A stretch of DNA of 32,000 nt, from the NCBI GenBank assembly GCA_963704435.1, contig OY969902.1:120001-152000 (forward strand). The letters are read 5' to 3'. Shown one piece after another: positions 31,211 to 32,000 of the stretch (position 1 is the first letter of the stretch; every line of letters begins with the position of its first letter). The notes beneath the pieces are model-generated. The model was not told the origin of the DNA and ran no database searches. It worked only from the letters and a program-made list of their open reading frames with translations. The stretch is from an uncultured archaeon (GTDB lineage: Archaea; Micrarchaeota; Micrarchaeia; Micrarchaeales; CABMGC01). The position numbers and the translations under genes are program-made.

Positions 31211-31831
31211 TTAAGCGTTGGAAGGCTGCTCCGATGAACGCTGCACGGCCATGAGCGGCTCCGCGGAGGCTACGGCTATCGTGCCTGCCCCCTCGACCCG
31301 CTCGTTGCCGTCCAATTCTTTTTTATTATATGTTGAACCTGCGGCATCCAGAGGGTTGTCGATGGGAATCTCTTGCCCCCATTCGGAGAACCCGAAAGGA
31401 ACCTCGTTGGAGATGCCGGACTCAAAGGCTCTGAACAAATCGCCCATCCCCCTGAGTTCCATAGCCCGCACCGGAACGTTGCGGCGGCTGCACGCCCTTG
31501 TGAGGGAAGCGACCCGGTTATCTCCTGCGTATAGCTCGAATTTCATGTGAACGTCGTTTTTCTTGAGGGAATCATGGCGCTGATCTCCAAAGATCGCGCC
31601 CTTGTTGCTGACAAATACGTACGTGATTATCACCTTGTCGAGGCTCTTTTCCCTACCCTTCTCAACGACCTCACAGTACATCCTCGGGAACCTGATCTTT
31701 CCCTTGGAAGTGGCCATCACAAAGTCCTTCAATGGGAGGCCGTCCTTACTGTCCTTGAACACAGGGAACCAAAGATCGGGCCGCACGGCTGCGCTCCCTG
31801 ACTCAGTCTTGAAAAGCAGTTTCAATTGCAC
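31211..31831 (-). CDS. hypothetical protein; N-terminus unresolved
   Basis: The track start is GTG 31831, with a weak TATA-like CCTATATC about 32 nt upstream. The same frame has no stop up to nt 32000, so the gene may instead continue beyond the window. The stop is 24 nt before the next minus-strand gene. Confidence 0.5.
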   Translation of the reverse strand: MQLKLLFKTESGSAAVRPDLWFPVFKDSKDGLPLKDFVMATSKGKIRFPRMYCEVVEKGREKSLDKVIITYVFVSNKGAIFGDQRHDSLKKNDVHMKFELYAGDNRVASLTRACSRRNVPVRAMELRGMGDLFRAFESGISNEVPFGFSEWGQEIPIDNPLDAAGSTYNKKELDGNERVEGAGTIAVASAEPLMAVQRSSEQPSNA

Positions 31832-32000
31832 CTTCGGAGGCGCCGAGGCCTGCTTGGAAGATATAGGATTTGCTGGGACAGCTTCGCGGACGGTCCTTCC
31901 GAGGTCACGGAGGCGCGGCAGTGGTGGAGAGTCGCTGATTATGTGGTATCCCTGCCCGCCGCGAGCAAGCTTACCGTCCGAGACGAGAGTAGCGATAGCG

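Overview
This 32 kb window looks archaeal. It encodes transcription factor B, ribosomal proteins S15 and S3Ae (eS1), and most genes have an A/T-rich TATA-like box about 23-34 nt upstream of the start codon. It is densely coding, with about 46 protein genes, and I found no rRNA, tRNA or CRISPR array. Recognisable housekeeping genes: an MFS transporter, an aldose-1-epimerase-like protein, two dihydrouridine-synthase paralogs, a TRAM-domain protein, a cold-shock protein, a PAPS-reductase/CysD-like PP-loop enzyme, an RlmM-like THUMP methyltransferase, a UDP-GlcNAc 2-epimerase-like protein, a fused ABC permease with its ATPase, a GT-C glycosyltransferase, and DUF488 and DUF3175 proteins. These are interleaved with AT-richer patches of orphan genes and one IS200-type element (TnpA only, with both subterminal hairpins). 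Observations most worth follow-up: (1) a P-loop-kinase/dCMP-deaminase fusion with the AvcD/DcdV ('dCTP deaminase') antiphage architecture, followed 20 nt later by a divergent PPase-fold gene; (2) TFB with a roughly 110-residue Lys/Ala-rich N-terminal extension; (3) an Hjc-like PD-(D/E)XK nuclease with a long basic tail, downstream of three tiny orphan genes; (4) two paralogous winged-helix-like orphan proteins about 6 kb apart; (5) a 55-codon C2H2-type zinc-finger gene with its own TATA box, too short for the ORF track; (6) a free-standing degenerate LAGLIDADG-like protein; (7) four RNA-chaperone or tRNA-flexibility genes within 5.4 kb. I cannot point to one clearly novel multi-gene system. 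All function calls rest on motifs read by eye; no database search was run.
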